A DNA stretch of 63,425 nt, counting the filler, from Choristocarpus tenellus KU-1152 (lineage: Eukaryota > Protista > Phaeophyceae), in NCBI GenBank assembly GCA_964200185.2. It is 12 parts of 12 records of this genome, joined end to end, with 100 filler letters (N's around TTAATTAATTAA, not from the genome) between each part and the next. Parts side by side here need not be neighbours in the genome. Positions count along the whole stretch, not along the records: positions 46,783 to 56,426 come from CAXNAD020003509.1; positions 56,527 to 59,346 come from CAXNAD020024467.1; positions 59,447 to 63,425 come from CAXNAD020016818.1; 9 more parts are not named here. One strand, given 5' to 3'. Under the pieces are notes generated by a model that saw nothing but the letters and a program-made list of their open reading frames with translations, did no database searches and was not told the DNA's origin. The position numbers were made by a program, and so were the translations under genes. Positions 52,101 to 63,425 of this stretch are shown one piece after another. Positions within the stretch are counted from its first letter, which is position 1; every line of letters starts with the position of its first letter.

Positions 52101-55100
52101 TAATCTTTCTGGCAACTCCAGAGAAAAAATGTCTGATGATCAACTTCAACTTAGCTCACCAATTTGATACCACCAACAGAATGGTGACTGAAAGCAACAA
52201 AAGATTTCTATGCAACATCTTGCATTTCAAGTGCCTTTCTTTTCCATATAAACGTACGCCTTACCTACAATGGTAATTCCTTAATTCCTTCCTCACCCAA
52301 GTGTCTTACACAGTCAAAGAAGGTTGTCTTACTCTGCCCAGAATAGTTGCATCATTTGATGTAGGGTTAGGGATGATGAATACAATTGTGCAGATCCTAA
52401 CTCTAACCCTAGAGCACATCTCGTCAATCCCATATTCCTAGCCTTCCCGAAAGACTATTGCCATGTTCAGCCACATATATGCATAGAATTGCCCCTACCT
52501 ACTTACTTTCCACTGTCTGACATCACGAGGTCTATTTGCTGTACCAGCACATGCTTGCACAATCACTATCATCCCATTACCATTTACAGTTACAACTTTT
52601 GTTTCTATTCGTACCCTTATGGTATATACTTTCAAACATACATACTTTCAAGTGTACATACTTTCAAGCATATATAGCCACTACTGACAAAAACAACAAG
52701 GTACAACACCCTAACCCTAACCCTAACCCCAGAGTACCTATTACTACAGCAGCTGTTAAGTACTTGTACTCCAAGTATAACGACATGAAGGAATAGGGTT
52801 GCTAAGATGTGGTATATTATGTCGACAGTTCACTAGACCTGATAAAGAAATCATCAACAGTACCTTGTCTTTGTCTTGTACACCATCAGCAATCAACATC
52901 ATACCACGGCAATTACCCATTGACTCCACACCAGATGCATTCTAACCCTAACCCTAACCCTAACTCCACCAGATGGTTGACCGCAATCTAAAATTTCTTA
53001 GGAAGATCAGCTCCGTGCTGAATATCAGAGAGTACAATTTACATCTCTCTAAAGCACATTCATAGATAAAAGTTCTTACAGTTACAGTTACAGAGATGTA
53101 GCATATGTATACTAAACAATTATACCTTGATGTGGCCAGCACATTGGGGGCAATGGAGTCTATCTTGGACAAAGCTGCACTGAGGCGTTGTTGCCTCATT
53201 GTGAGGTATGCCCGCTTTTCAACTATTGCAGCATCCTCCTGCCAGGTGTGTAGTTGATGGTAGTTGATGGTAGCAGGGAGATCAGCAAAATGAACAAGGC
53301 TGCTTTAAATATTGCTACTATTATAACAATAAATGAAACAATTACTATGACTGCAGAGTCTAGGGGACTAAGGCAAAGCAAGGGTGTAGCAATATCCACA
53401 ATAATGTTATTCACATAGTAATACAAAGTACTATAAATAATAATAATAATATAATAATAATCAGACCCTAACCCTCACCCTAACAGATAAAACGGAGAAG
53501 AGGTGGTATTCACAGATCAGATCATTTGTAGTGTTGTATTTGATTCCAAACAACTCACCGCGACATAAATGCCTTGCAATATCAATGAAATATAAAGGGC
53601 GAGCCATGACTCTGATCCCTCAACAATTGCCTCCTCTTCTCTGTACCCCCACCCGGCACACTCAAATGTTCAAACAGAAGGACTCACCAACGCCTCAAAT
53701 TTCAGTACTTCGTTTTCAACACGCTCAAAAACATGAAATATAGTTAAATGTTGGTTCAGGGTTGCTGATTCATTTGTAGGTGGACACCAGAAACTAATGA
53801 TAAATCAGAGGGGATAGGGTTAGGATTAGGGTTAGGTTTCCTGGTATGGATGTTTGCAGGGAGTTGATGCATCCATAGTACGGGCATCTGCTGTCACAAA
53901 TATTCAGCTCATTAATTCATTTCATTTCATTTGGTGGGTACATTGCTTTTCACACCTCTGTCCTCTATGCCTGTACCCACCCCCTGGATCCTAAACTAAT
54001 AAATAGAGTTTGAAGGTAAGACAGAGCACAATTATTTCTATTATTATTACTAATACACATAATATCAATATCCATAGTAAGACTAGAACTGAGGGAGATT
54101 CAATGTACAGCAAACAATACAAATGTCTTACACCTTATACCTTTATACCTTACACATTATACCTTTATACAGTACCATCAACAGTTCTTCTCCTCATGAT
54201 CAACCTCAATACTCTCAACTGTCAATATTAACGATAAGTGATGACCTCAAACACCCCACAGGTCCCACTTGTATCAGCCCAACCCCTAACCCTAGCCCCT
54301 TTCCCTGATGCCCTCCTTGTGCGTTGGAGGATAAATCTGTCTCACATTGAAGATGCCAATTGGTTTTTTTTGTTGTCTCTCTCCCTCACTCTTCTTTGGA
54401 CCCTGTCCCAGCGCCTGCTCCATGGAGATCTCATGTGTGAGGGCTAGAAGCTGTGTCTCAAGTTTGTCCACTGCTTGCCCGAAGAATGAGGTCTCCAGAA
54501 GCATGCAAGAGTTGTCAACAACTCGCTTAGATGTTACACGCCAATACGCCTGCTAGGGTGGAGAGATCCAAAGCAAAGCAAGCCCGGGTTCACCTTAAAC
54601 ACTGTACTTAAGCAAATCAATCCACAAAGATAGAAACAGATAAAATACAAAAATCCATTGACAAGGGTTCCCCAACCATGCTGGTTGTCTTCCAATCAAA
54701 GCTTCAAATTGCCCATCTCGAACCTCAAGTACCTAATAAATTTGAGTGAGACAAGAAGGGACAGGTCTGAGCCACGTCATTTCAATCTACTAACCCTAGG
54801 TACAAAATCCAGCAACAACCACAAAGGCCAAAGTAACATTACTCCTAAAAAGAGTACTCACCGATTTTCCCTGAGCAGATATCCAACCACAACAAGCCAG
54901 CGTCCATCTTCAACCAATCACAGCCCAACAAACCATAGCATCGTCTAACAGTGCAAAGCATTCCAGCCCAGAGGGTACTAATCACCACTACAGGGTGCAA
55001 ATATGAGGTTAGGGCTACAGATAAGGCTACTTCTAACCCTAACCCTAACCCTAACCCTAACAATGCTGCAGTACAGAGTAGTAGTAAGAGTTCAGTTCCA

Positions 55101-56167
55101 ATATGCAAAATTGACAACAAGGTAGGGGCTTGGCTTGCCTGTAAGATGGTGCTCATATCTTCAACCTTACTGGTAGGGTTGGCACCATGGGAATACCTGA
55201 ACCACTACAAGTCATCAGTCATATCACAACGCCGCGATAACATAAGGGGATGCACGTTAACTCAGGCAAGCTTCCAGCTAAACCAGTAAGTGACAGTATT
55301 GGGGACTCTATTCCAATGTCAGCAATCACAGCAGACGCCTGATCACAACATACCACAACTTACCACAACTCATCACACACCACTGTAAACATGCAAGCTT
55401 TCCACAAACCGTCCTGGCAAACATTGAAATATATTACAATAAGGTTAGGATTTAGGGTTATAGAGCTATGGTTAGGGCCAGGACACTCGTAATGACAACA
55501 TTCAACAGTGGAAACAACCAACCGCAACACATGGGTGCTCTGAACAACCAACCTAACCCTAACCTTTCAAAAAATAACATGACTACACCTGACTAAAACC
55601 AACACATAAACAAATGACACCAGTCCCCGTGTGAACCTTCCCTGTCTAAAGAAGGGTTAGAGTTAGGGTTAGACATCGTCAATTTCTTCTGGTCACCAAA
55701 TTAGGGTTAGGGTTAGTCATGAACTCCACAAAAACCCTCGTTTGTGGAGAGCGCTCAAAGGGTTCCCCAAGCCTATTGTGTGACATATGTGACGTATGTA
55801 CAAGCCATCATCTTCTTTGATGTGATGCGAAAGCTACTTGTCAACAAGAACACAGAAGGCGTTTTCAAGACAACAAAAGAAGACTGAACTTGTCCGTTGG
55901 CTATTGCTGGGGTAAAAATCCCAGCGTAGCAGCAAGCATAGCAATAATCCTAACTCTAACCCTAACCCAATAGTATGCACTGCAGACAACACAAACATGT
56001 TGAGTTACACTCACAAGCGCGGACAAACCCTAACCCTAAAACCCAAGCCTCAAATGCAAATGGCATCGCCTCACCTGCCCAAGGTTATACAGCACCCACT
56101 CTTTCAAGGGTGTGATATCAGAGGCATCACCTCCATCGGGAGGGCCATCACCAGCCTCAACGAGAAC
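49105..56167 (-). CDS. Mx/dynamin-related protein C-terminus (stalk end and GED) fused to a HECTD1/At2g30600-type discoidin-like domain; exons 56167-56075, 55204-55139, 54549-54390, (53572-53559), 53238-53126, 51848-51667, 51385-51226, 50832-50668, 50236-50135, 49531-49394, 49174-49105 (stop); 5' part missing
   Basis: All junctions are phase-consistent; one requires the inferred microexon. GED-like: KVEDMSTILQ|AYWRVTSKRVVDNSCMLLE...EDAAIVEKRAYLTMRQQRLSAALSKI. C-terminal domain: FQYTRDGDNGGLVYWLGT...FENPHELGLLWVTSS...DSWICFDVG...SHYSLCHG...LVNWVCEG...YRFLRLRSTGANS...CAMELYG. Confidence 0.85.
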
Positions 56168-56526
56168 CTAAAAAAGGCAAGAAAACAAGCAAGCACAGAG
56201 AGATGTATAGGTTATTTCTCAAAGCATGACCAAGATTGTACCATGGCACCAGTCGCTACTGCAACACAGTAAAAAAAAAAACATAGAGATCAAGAAGTAA
56301 CCCTAACCCTAACTTGTCTGGCAACAGGAAAAGCCCCACTAGTTTCATCACCTCCATTATACCCCCTCCTGTAACCCAATGCAATAAGCCATGGAGCATG
56401 AGATACGACCCAGACAGGGCAGGGGGNNNNNNNNNNNNNNNNNNNNNNNNNNNNNNNNNNNNNNNNNNNNTTAATTAATTAANNNNNNNNNNNNNNNNNN
56501 NNNNNNNNNNNNNNNNNNNNNNNNNN

Positions 56527-56699
56527 GGGGGGGGGGGGGGGGGGGGGGTCTACACCAGGGTGTCCATTCGGGTCCTGACCAGGAGAAGTGAACTTAGATT
56601 ATCCATCCGATGCATGCAACCAAATCACCCAAAAATCACGACATGTAAAAATGGGCCCTGAGTGGACAGCCGCCACCCCCCCCTCAGATACTTCGAGCC
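56527..56699 (-). mobile_element. MITE family B, truncated at contig start
   Basis: Ends CCCCTCAGATACTTCGAGCC; the body matches the other copies. Confidence 0.85.
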
Positions 56700-57993
56700 A
56701 GGACCTGGTGGAGACTATCACAACATTCAACCAACTGTATATAGAAGAACCTCAAGTGCTTCAGTCTTGAGCACTCATAATTATCATGCACATCTTAACC
56801 TCGAGTGATACACCTGAGGTCCTGCCATAAACCACTTGGATGTATTGCCAGAAACAACGTTGAACTTTCTTTGTCCTTCAACTGATTTTGGTTTACCTTT
56901 CTTTATCCAGTGCCTGGATTCTACATGATGTCCCCGTTCTTATTGGGAGACTGGAATCACATGGTCTTCATCTTACTCTCTAACACGGTCAGGACCAATC
57001 ACCCTGACCACATGCCTTCACAATCACTATCTTCATCCTGGCTAAGCCTCCTTCAGTCTCACACAAAATGTAGATTTGCTACAATAAAGAATTACGTACT
57101 CCTAGTACTATCATATGATACACAATTTAGTAGTCTGGTATATTTGCTATTATTTATTTTGAGCTAGCTATATTTAGCGCCAGTCCTAGAACACGAAAAC
57201 AATGAATAAGCAAAAAAAAATTGTTTTGGAAACTAATATCTAGTAGTCTAGAACACTATCATTTTACGAGGTTAGCAGATCATCATGCTCACTAAAATCC
57301 CTACAAGCATTATTTTAAACGACTGTGACGATGTGTAGACTCGCTAAAATTATAGTTGTTGTTCGTGTACTGGAGGGATGAAGTCATATTGTAGACAGGT
57401 GTGAATCCGCCGTTGCAAGATATCATAATTGAATAAACAAATACTCTATGGAAGGCTTATCCGTTTTAACCTTCCTGTTTTTTACACGTTTGTGTTTGAT
57501 GGATTATGGAAATTAATTTGTCGAACAGGCCCTATACAACTACAACTCGTCCTTACGACCCAGGAACAACCCCCCCCCTCCACCATTCCTCCTGGTACAG
57601 CTGGAGCAGCATGACTCCTCCTGGAATGTTGAATTTCTCCACCTCTTTCCCCCAGCATGGATCAAACCCGTCCCCCGACTTTCCCCCTTGTACTACTCGA
57701 ACTGTGTGGCTACTTGGTGGCAAATGTTCTCCATCTCCTGTATTGCCCCCAAAACAGCTCCTACAAGTCTAGCCAGGCACAGTCACCTCATTTCTTTCCT
57801 CCTGGGACTACTGGAGTGCTGTGGATATTATCTAGCGGACATTCTGTCAAATAACTTAGTGTTATCCTTACGTTGTCTGCTGATAAAAGTATGTGGCATA
57901 GGTTTCATGTACGTTTAGCTTTAGTTCGGTACAATACAAAGTAGAAATGTGCATACCGGTAAGGTGGGCCAATGGGTCAATACGAGTGATATT

Positions 57994-58175
57994 GGCTCAA
58001 AGTATCTGGGAGGGGGTGGCGGCTGTCCATTTGGGTCAACTTTTTCATGTCGCGATTTTTGAGTGATTTGGTTGCATACGTTATATAGATACTGTAAATG
58101 CAACTTTCCTGATTTTGATCCAAATGGACACTCTGATATAGATCCCCCCCTTCTCCCGGACGGATACTTTGGGTC
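57994..58175 (+). mobile_element. MITE family B, full copy with ATT TSD
   Basis: ATT|GGCTCAAAGTATCTGGG...GGATACTTTGGGTC|ATT. Confidence 0.88.
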
Positions 58176-59022
58176 ATTGGGAACCCAGTGGGCAATTATT
58201 ATTCAGTGTATATGCTTTACCATGTGACTCAAAACCAGTGGCTTTGGGTGACGAGCCTTTACATGCGCTAAGCTTCTTAACACATTCCTCTCCGATTTCT
58301 CCTCAGGAACAGCCCCCCCCCGATACTCACTAATATCATCGCGCCCTAGAGTACCCTACCCTGGCCATAAAAAAATCGCAGTAGTCCATTATGGTTGTTA
58401 CAGGAGTACTAAATAAAAGGGTTATCCCTCAACAAGTGTTACAGGCGAATAGCGCGAGCATTTCTTCTCGTGTTCTAGTAAGCGCAAGCAGTATACAAGA
58501 GTTGTAGCAAAAGGTGACCTATGAATCGTGTGATTCTGTGGCAGCGTGGTTCACTCTCAGACAAGGGTGGCGAAGAGAATCACCGGGCAAGACAGACCAA
58601 ACGAACAAGGACGAAACATAACCGAGGGTACGAGGTTAAGGTTGGACAAGTGCAAATTGAGGAGTGATGAGCATCATCAAAGATGGGGCTTCATCACCAT
58701 CAGTCAAGACGTGATAATAAAGTGGATCTTCCATGTGTAACAACTCTGAATGACGAGCTGCCCCCAGTCTATGGGATTGGTCACACGAAGAGATTCCATG
58801 GTTTCATTCTGACAGAAAGTCTGTCCGTGAAATCATGGACGCTTGACTGGGAAACTCAATCGGTACCACAGTATAACGGTATATGACATACGGAAATACC
58901 GGTATAATAACAGGCAAACATGCTTTCCACATCACTCCCCCTTCTGATCGGCCTTGAAGCCATGCAAACATGATTCAAGGTCAACCAAAAGGTGAGCTCT
59001 GGGAGCGAAATGGGAAACATGT

Positions 59023-59304
59023 GTGACTGTTGGGGGTGCAATATTTATCACCGTTTGTGATATTCAGAGGTCATATTGGCAGATTCCTATTGCTGAGGAT
59101 GACATTGATAAAACTGCTTTTGTTACGTCCAGAGGCAATTACGTTTTTAAGATGATGCCCTTCGGGATATCAAATGCCCCTTGGCAATTTCAAAGAATCA
59201 TGTCCTTAGCCTTTACAAATAATGGTCCACTGAATGGGTTGCTAGTTTACATGGATGATCTGATTGCTTGTTCTCCCACATGGGAAGGACATACACACTT
59301 ACTA
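59023..59304 (+). pseudogene. Ty3/Gypsy reverse transcriptase fragment, interrupted by MITE B (59305-59346)
   Basis: CDIQRSYWQIPIAEDDIDKTAFVTSRGNYVFKMMPFGISNAPWQFQRIM...LLVYMDDLI; GGCTCAAAGTATCTGG follows immediately. Confidence 0.92.
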
Positions 59305-59446
59305 GGCTCAAAGTATCTGGGGGGGGGGAGGTTGGTGGTTTGTGAGNNNNNNNNNNNNNNNNNNNNNNNNNNNNNNNNNNNNNNNNNNNNTTAATTAATT
59401 AANNNNNNNNNNNNNNNNNNNNNNNNNNNNNNNNNNNNNNNNNNNN

Positions 59447-59655
59447 TCGAATGTTCTGATTTTGATGTAATTTTGACTGTCATGTTTTTGAGGAAGTGTC
59501 AATATCCTTGTTCCGGACACACCTTTTCATCACGTGCAAATTTTACCTACTCCGAAACATATCGGAGTAGGAAAAAGTAATAAAACACCTGTGGAAAGCC
59601 AAGTCCCATATGGACAAACAGGGCAAAAATCGTACCCTCTAAGATACTTTCACTC
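59447..59655 (-). mobile_element. MITE family A, truncated at contig start
   Basis: Ends GTACCCTCTAAGATACTTTCACTC. Confidence 0.87.
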
Positions 59656-62600
59656 ATGATCTTATCATGTACTATCAATGATGTAAAAGGTGAGTAACGA
59701 CCAGTACTGATGTGCGAAACAACAGTCAGTATGATTTGGTAATAGTGTATAGTATCAACAGCGTAAAAGATGAATAACCTACTTTGCATCACCACCCACA
59801 CCCATTCATTGTTTGAGGGTATTTGTATTTGGTTGGGATTCTTCGATTTCATGCGTAGGACAGACGAGTGTCTCTCAGGGATATTTTGCTTGTTTTGCGC
59901 TCGGTACCTCAATCAGCCGACGTTAGTTAGTAGTCTGGCACCTTTTGCCCCTTTGTTTGTAGTCATCATTGTGTTACAGCACGCTCCATAGCTTACCTCC
60001 AAGGAATATATAGGTCTAGTCCACAAGCCTACAGATGGTGCTAATGCACGTACAGGACTCCTAATGCACAAGTCAAGTATGCTGGATCTCTCACTTGGAT
60101 AATTCCTTCATAAGTATCAATATCATCGTGTGAAAGCAACGGTTCAACGATGTCTTATCTCTATCGATCATCATAATGACTAGATAATAAATAAATAGTT
60201 AAGTACAAATACGTAAAAGTCTAGGACTTTAACGTCATAATGGCGCTCACGAAACTGCCATCAAGACACATCACCTTTAATAACTGTTCCCAGTTAGTGT
60301 AACGAGGTCGATCGCGGCATGGGTTTGTAGTCAATCGTCCGGAGTATACTTTCTTTTGCAACCTGCTTCTGGCTACTTGAACTGGACAACCTGAGAGTTT
60401 TGTTGAAGGTATACTCCTCTATCCCACAAGTTGGAGGTAGCAGGGGGGCCCACGCCTTGGGGGAAAGGGAAAGAGAAGCTCCGCCAGTTAGAACCCACAG
60501 TGACCCAGCAGTACCCAGAGGAAAGGAGTAATGTGGGGGTGCGCTGATGCATAAGGGGAGCAACGATACTTAAACAACAGAAGGGGGAAGAGCACAACTG
60601 GGGGAGGAGGCTGTGTAGTTTGTGCCTGGATAAATAGAGGAGAACTTCCACCATGTAGCAAACACGTTGCTTTGGCTGCTCCAGGAGGAATGGTACCTGG
60701 GGGGGCTGTGCATGAGTAGCAGGGATATGATGTGCCTGAATCGAAGGGGTAGGGGGTGTTGGGGGGGGTCGCAATTGCTTGTGGAAAATGTAAGGATTCA
60801 ACTTGAGACGTACATGTGCAGCCGTGGGGTCTGTGTGTAACGTTGTCCTTGGAAGTGGCCAATGGGGAATTCAATTTAGTGCAAGAGGCATCACAAACTA
60901 GGGCCCTGGATTGCAGGGTAGAAGTTAGGGTTGGACAAGAGTTATATTTGAACGGACTGGGGGTCGGATGATAGTTACAAATACCCGGTGCTTTGGGTCA
61001 AGTTACGGCTACCAATATCGCTGTGGGTGGAGATCAAAGTTACAATCATAACTTGTGCGAGGGTGATAGTTTTTGGGGTGGGATCGAGTCCTGTTTTCGA
61101 CTTTTTGTTGTTCCACCATTGTTTTGATGGACGATTATGAGAGTTGAAAAAAAAATGGTTGTGGAGGTCGTTTTTCAACGGAAACAGTGAGACACATGGT
61201 TCATCCAAATGGGAGCGGGTACATCATCTCTGATGGGGTCACAATATCAGATACCAAAACGAAACCAGTCAATATAGTAGGATGCAAATCAACAAAGTAT
61301 TATGGAGGATTTGAAGGTGTGAAGTTCGGTGCTGTCGTTTGAATCAGACTATGATTTTCAGTTTGACTTAGTCTAAGGAACGTACCTCCACGTAGTATAT
61401 GCATTGTGAAGTAATTGAATGGGCTAGGGGATGAATGCTTGTGAAACGAGGTTGAGAGCATGAGAAGATGATTTGATCAAGTGGAGGTATATTGTAGTGT
61501 TGAATTAATTTTTAATCCTGATTGGCACACCCTTCCGTACACAGCGATGGACTGCGAAATCTTTTCATTTTCCACACTTCTACTCACACACATGGTTTTG
61601 GGGGAAGTGCCTTTGGTTGCACCCAATGTCACACACACACAGGGGGGTGGCAGGCAAGTATCCCTCGGTGATGTTTACAGTAGTATATTTGTCGACCATT
61701 TTTTGTTAGCAGGCTTGGACTGTTTCGACTGTTACGACTGTTTGCCCCTCTGTCCGCACTCATTATCCAAGTGTGGTGAGGTCCCTCGTGACTTGCCAGA
61801 AAGTGACTTTATAGGCAACTCTTACAACCCACTTCCTACCTCTTGTGTGGGTGTCTTTTAGGGTCTATGTGGGTTGATGGGGGTATGGACTTTCCTTTAT
61901 TGGACTTTCCGACAGGTGGAAGGCTTCGATGGTTGGACCTGTGAGATCCAAGGGACAGAGGTGGGTGTATGCCCTGCGCTCAATCTGTATTGCTGTGTTA
62001 ATATCTCTGCCTCAAAACTCACGCATAGGGAAGATGATCCTTCTTTCCTGGGTATCCCTTGCAACAACACCCTCTTGTGTGGTTGGTCCCAGCACCTCAC
62101 GTTGCAATGATTTCTTTGTGCTCTTTAAACAAAAATTGCACCCATCTTGAGAATTACATCTACTCAGGAAAAATTGTTTCAAAAATGCTATCAAGTGGTA
62201 ATCTTGGGAAGTAATCCTTTACGTCTCACTTGCATCAATCTTAATGGGCTACTACTGACTTTGTATGACCATAATTTGTTACTCCACTATAGACAATCTG
62301 ATGAATGGGTCAAAGGGGGGGACTGTTGGGGGAGGAAGGNNNNNNNNNNTTTGTTATTTGTATAATTGGTTAGGCGAGTAAGGAAGGGGGGAGGGGGGGG
62401 GGGGAGGGGGGGAGGGTTGGGGGGGGAAGGGGAGGGGAAGCTCTGCCAGCTAGAATTCGCTGTGCTCTAGCAGTCTCAGGAGAAAAGGAGCAGTGTGGGG
62501 GTTTGCCTGGGGAAGCTTCGCAGGTAAGATGTCTGCTTAATGTTGTCAATATATTGTGTATTCATTTTAGAGTTATTAAAATATCACCTTGAACACCCCT

Positions 62601-63196
62601 TGTTGGGGGTATCCTGCAACTTTGGGTCTGAGGCTCTGCAACAACCCTAACCCTAACCCTAACCCAAATCACACCCTTAGACACTGAGTTAGCAGGAATT
62701 ATAGTCACCAATAGCTTCAGCAGGATCAATTTAGGGTGAGTACGACCAGGTCTTATGCCTTGCTGGAAAAGAATGATGACCAGAGACGAGAGTTCCATCT
62801 CAAGATCCCTTAATTCAGGTCGTTGAGGGAGGAAAGGTCGACCCACTTAGGGGAGAATGAGAAGAGAAGTTTGCCCTGAATGGAGACGAGTGCACCATCA
62901 AGCACTTGTGGGACCCAACTGGGAATTGCTTAAGATTAATTTTGAAGCTGTCGAAAGGACAAGGACAGGGCCCCGCAATGCTGTGGTCTGCACCACCTCT
63001 CTTTCCAGTACAGGTATTTGTGTCCACCGTGATAAACCTTTTTTCCTCGACACAAGAAATATTGTGGTGTATATACTCTGGAGTTATGTATGTTCTTTCT
63101 AGAGAATTGCATCAACATGACTGAACGTAATTAGTCACCATCTTGAGTTAGTATGGAGCTCTGGACGTTCATTCATTGAACTCTTGGTTGTATTGT

Positions 63197-63347
63197 GAGC
63201 CAAAGTATCTTAGAGGGTAGACCCTCGTCCATTTGGGTGGCAAAATCCAATGTTGTGATTTTGATATAATTTTGACCGCTGTGATTGTTCGGAAGTGTCA
63301 ATATCGTTGTTCCGGACACACCTTTTCATAACATACACATTTTACCT
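63197..63347 (-). mobile_element. MITE family A, interrupted at its internal hairpin by another repeat
   Basis: GAGCCAAAGTATCTTAGAGGGTAG... stops at CATTTTACCT. The following sequence matches the reverse complement of 47000-47060. Confidence 0.82.
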
Positions 63348-63425
63348 AAAACAGCTGATTTCAAAAATTGAGGATGGAGCTTTTCATTGAGGATGGGCTT
63401 GACCCAAAATTGACTGGGATAAAAT

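Noticed and set aside
60900-63170. Gypsy gag/protease remnants on the minus strand
   Set aside because: Only suggestive fragments, with no diagnostic motif intact.

Overview
The window is eukaryotic, intron-rich, repeat-rich genomic DNA. It consists of 12 short contigs joined by artificial 100-bp linkers (N44-TTAATTAATTAA-N44), so adjacency across linkers is not biological. TTAGGG-type repeats, short exons separated by introns of about 0.2-1.4 kb, and the gene content suggest a stramenopile, probably a brown alga (inference). Partial spliced host genes were reconstructed from splice sites, intron phase and motifs: a MORN-repeat protein, the last two exons of dihydroxy-acid dehydratase, a Gly/Ser-rich zinc-ribbon protein, a TKL-type protein kinase, a beta-lactamase-family serine hydrolase, and an 11-exon minus-strand gene. 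That last gene encodes the C-terminus of an Mx/dynamin-like protein whose GED is followed by a HECTD1/At2g30600-type discoidin-like domain. It uses three GC-AG introns and possibly a 14-nt microexon, and it is the most interesting item. The rest is transposon-derived. There are two abundant MITE families that share TIR and subterminal motifs and show mixed 3/4-bp TSDs. There is also an internally deleted Gypsy element with both LTRs and a TSD, a chromodomain-bearing Gypsy remnant, Copia and Gypsy RT remnants, an unclassified two-copy transposon, several minisatellites and many interstitial telomeric repeats. I recognised no CRISPR array, rRNA or tRNA.
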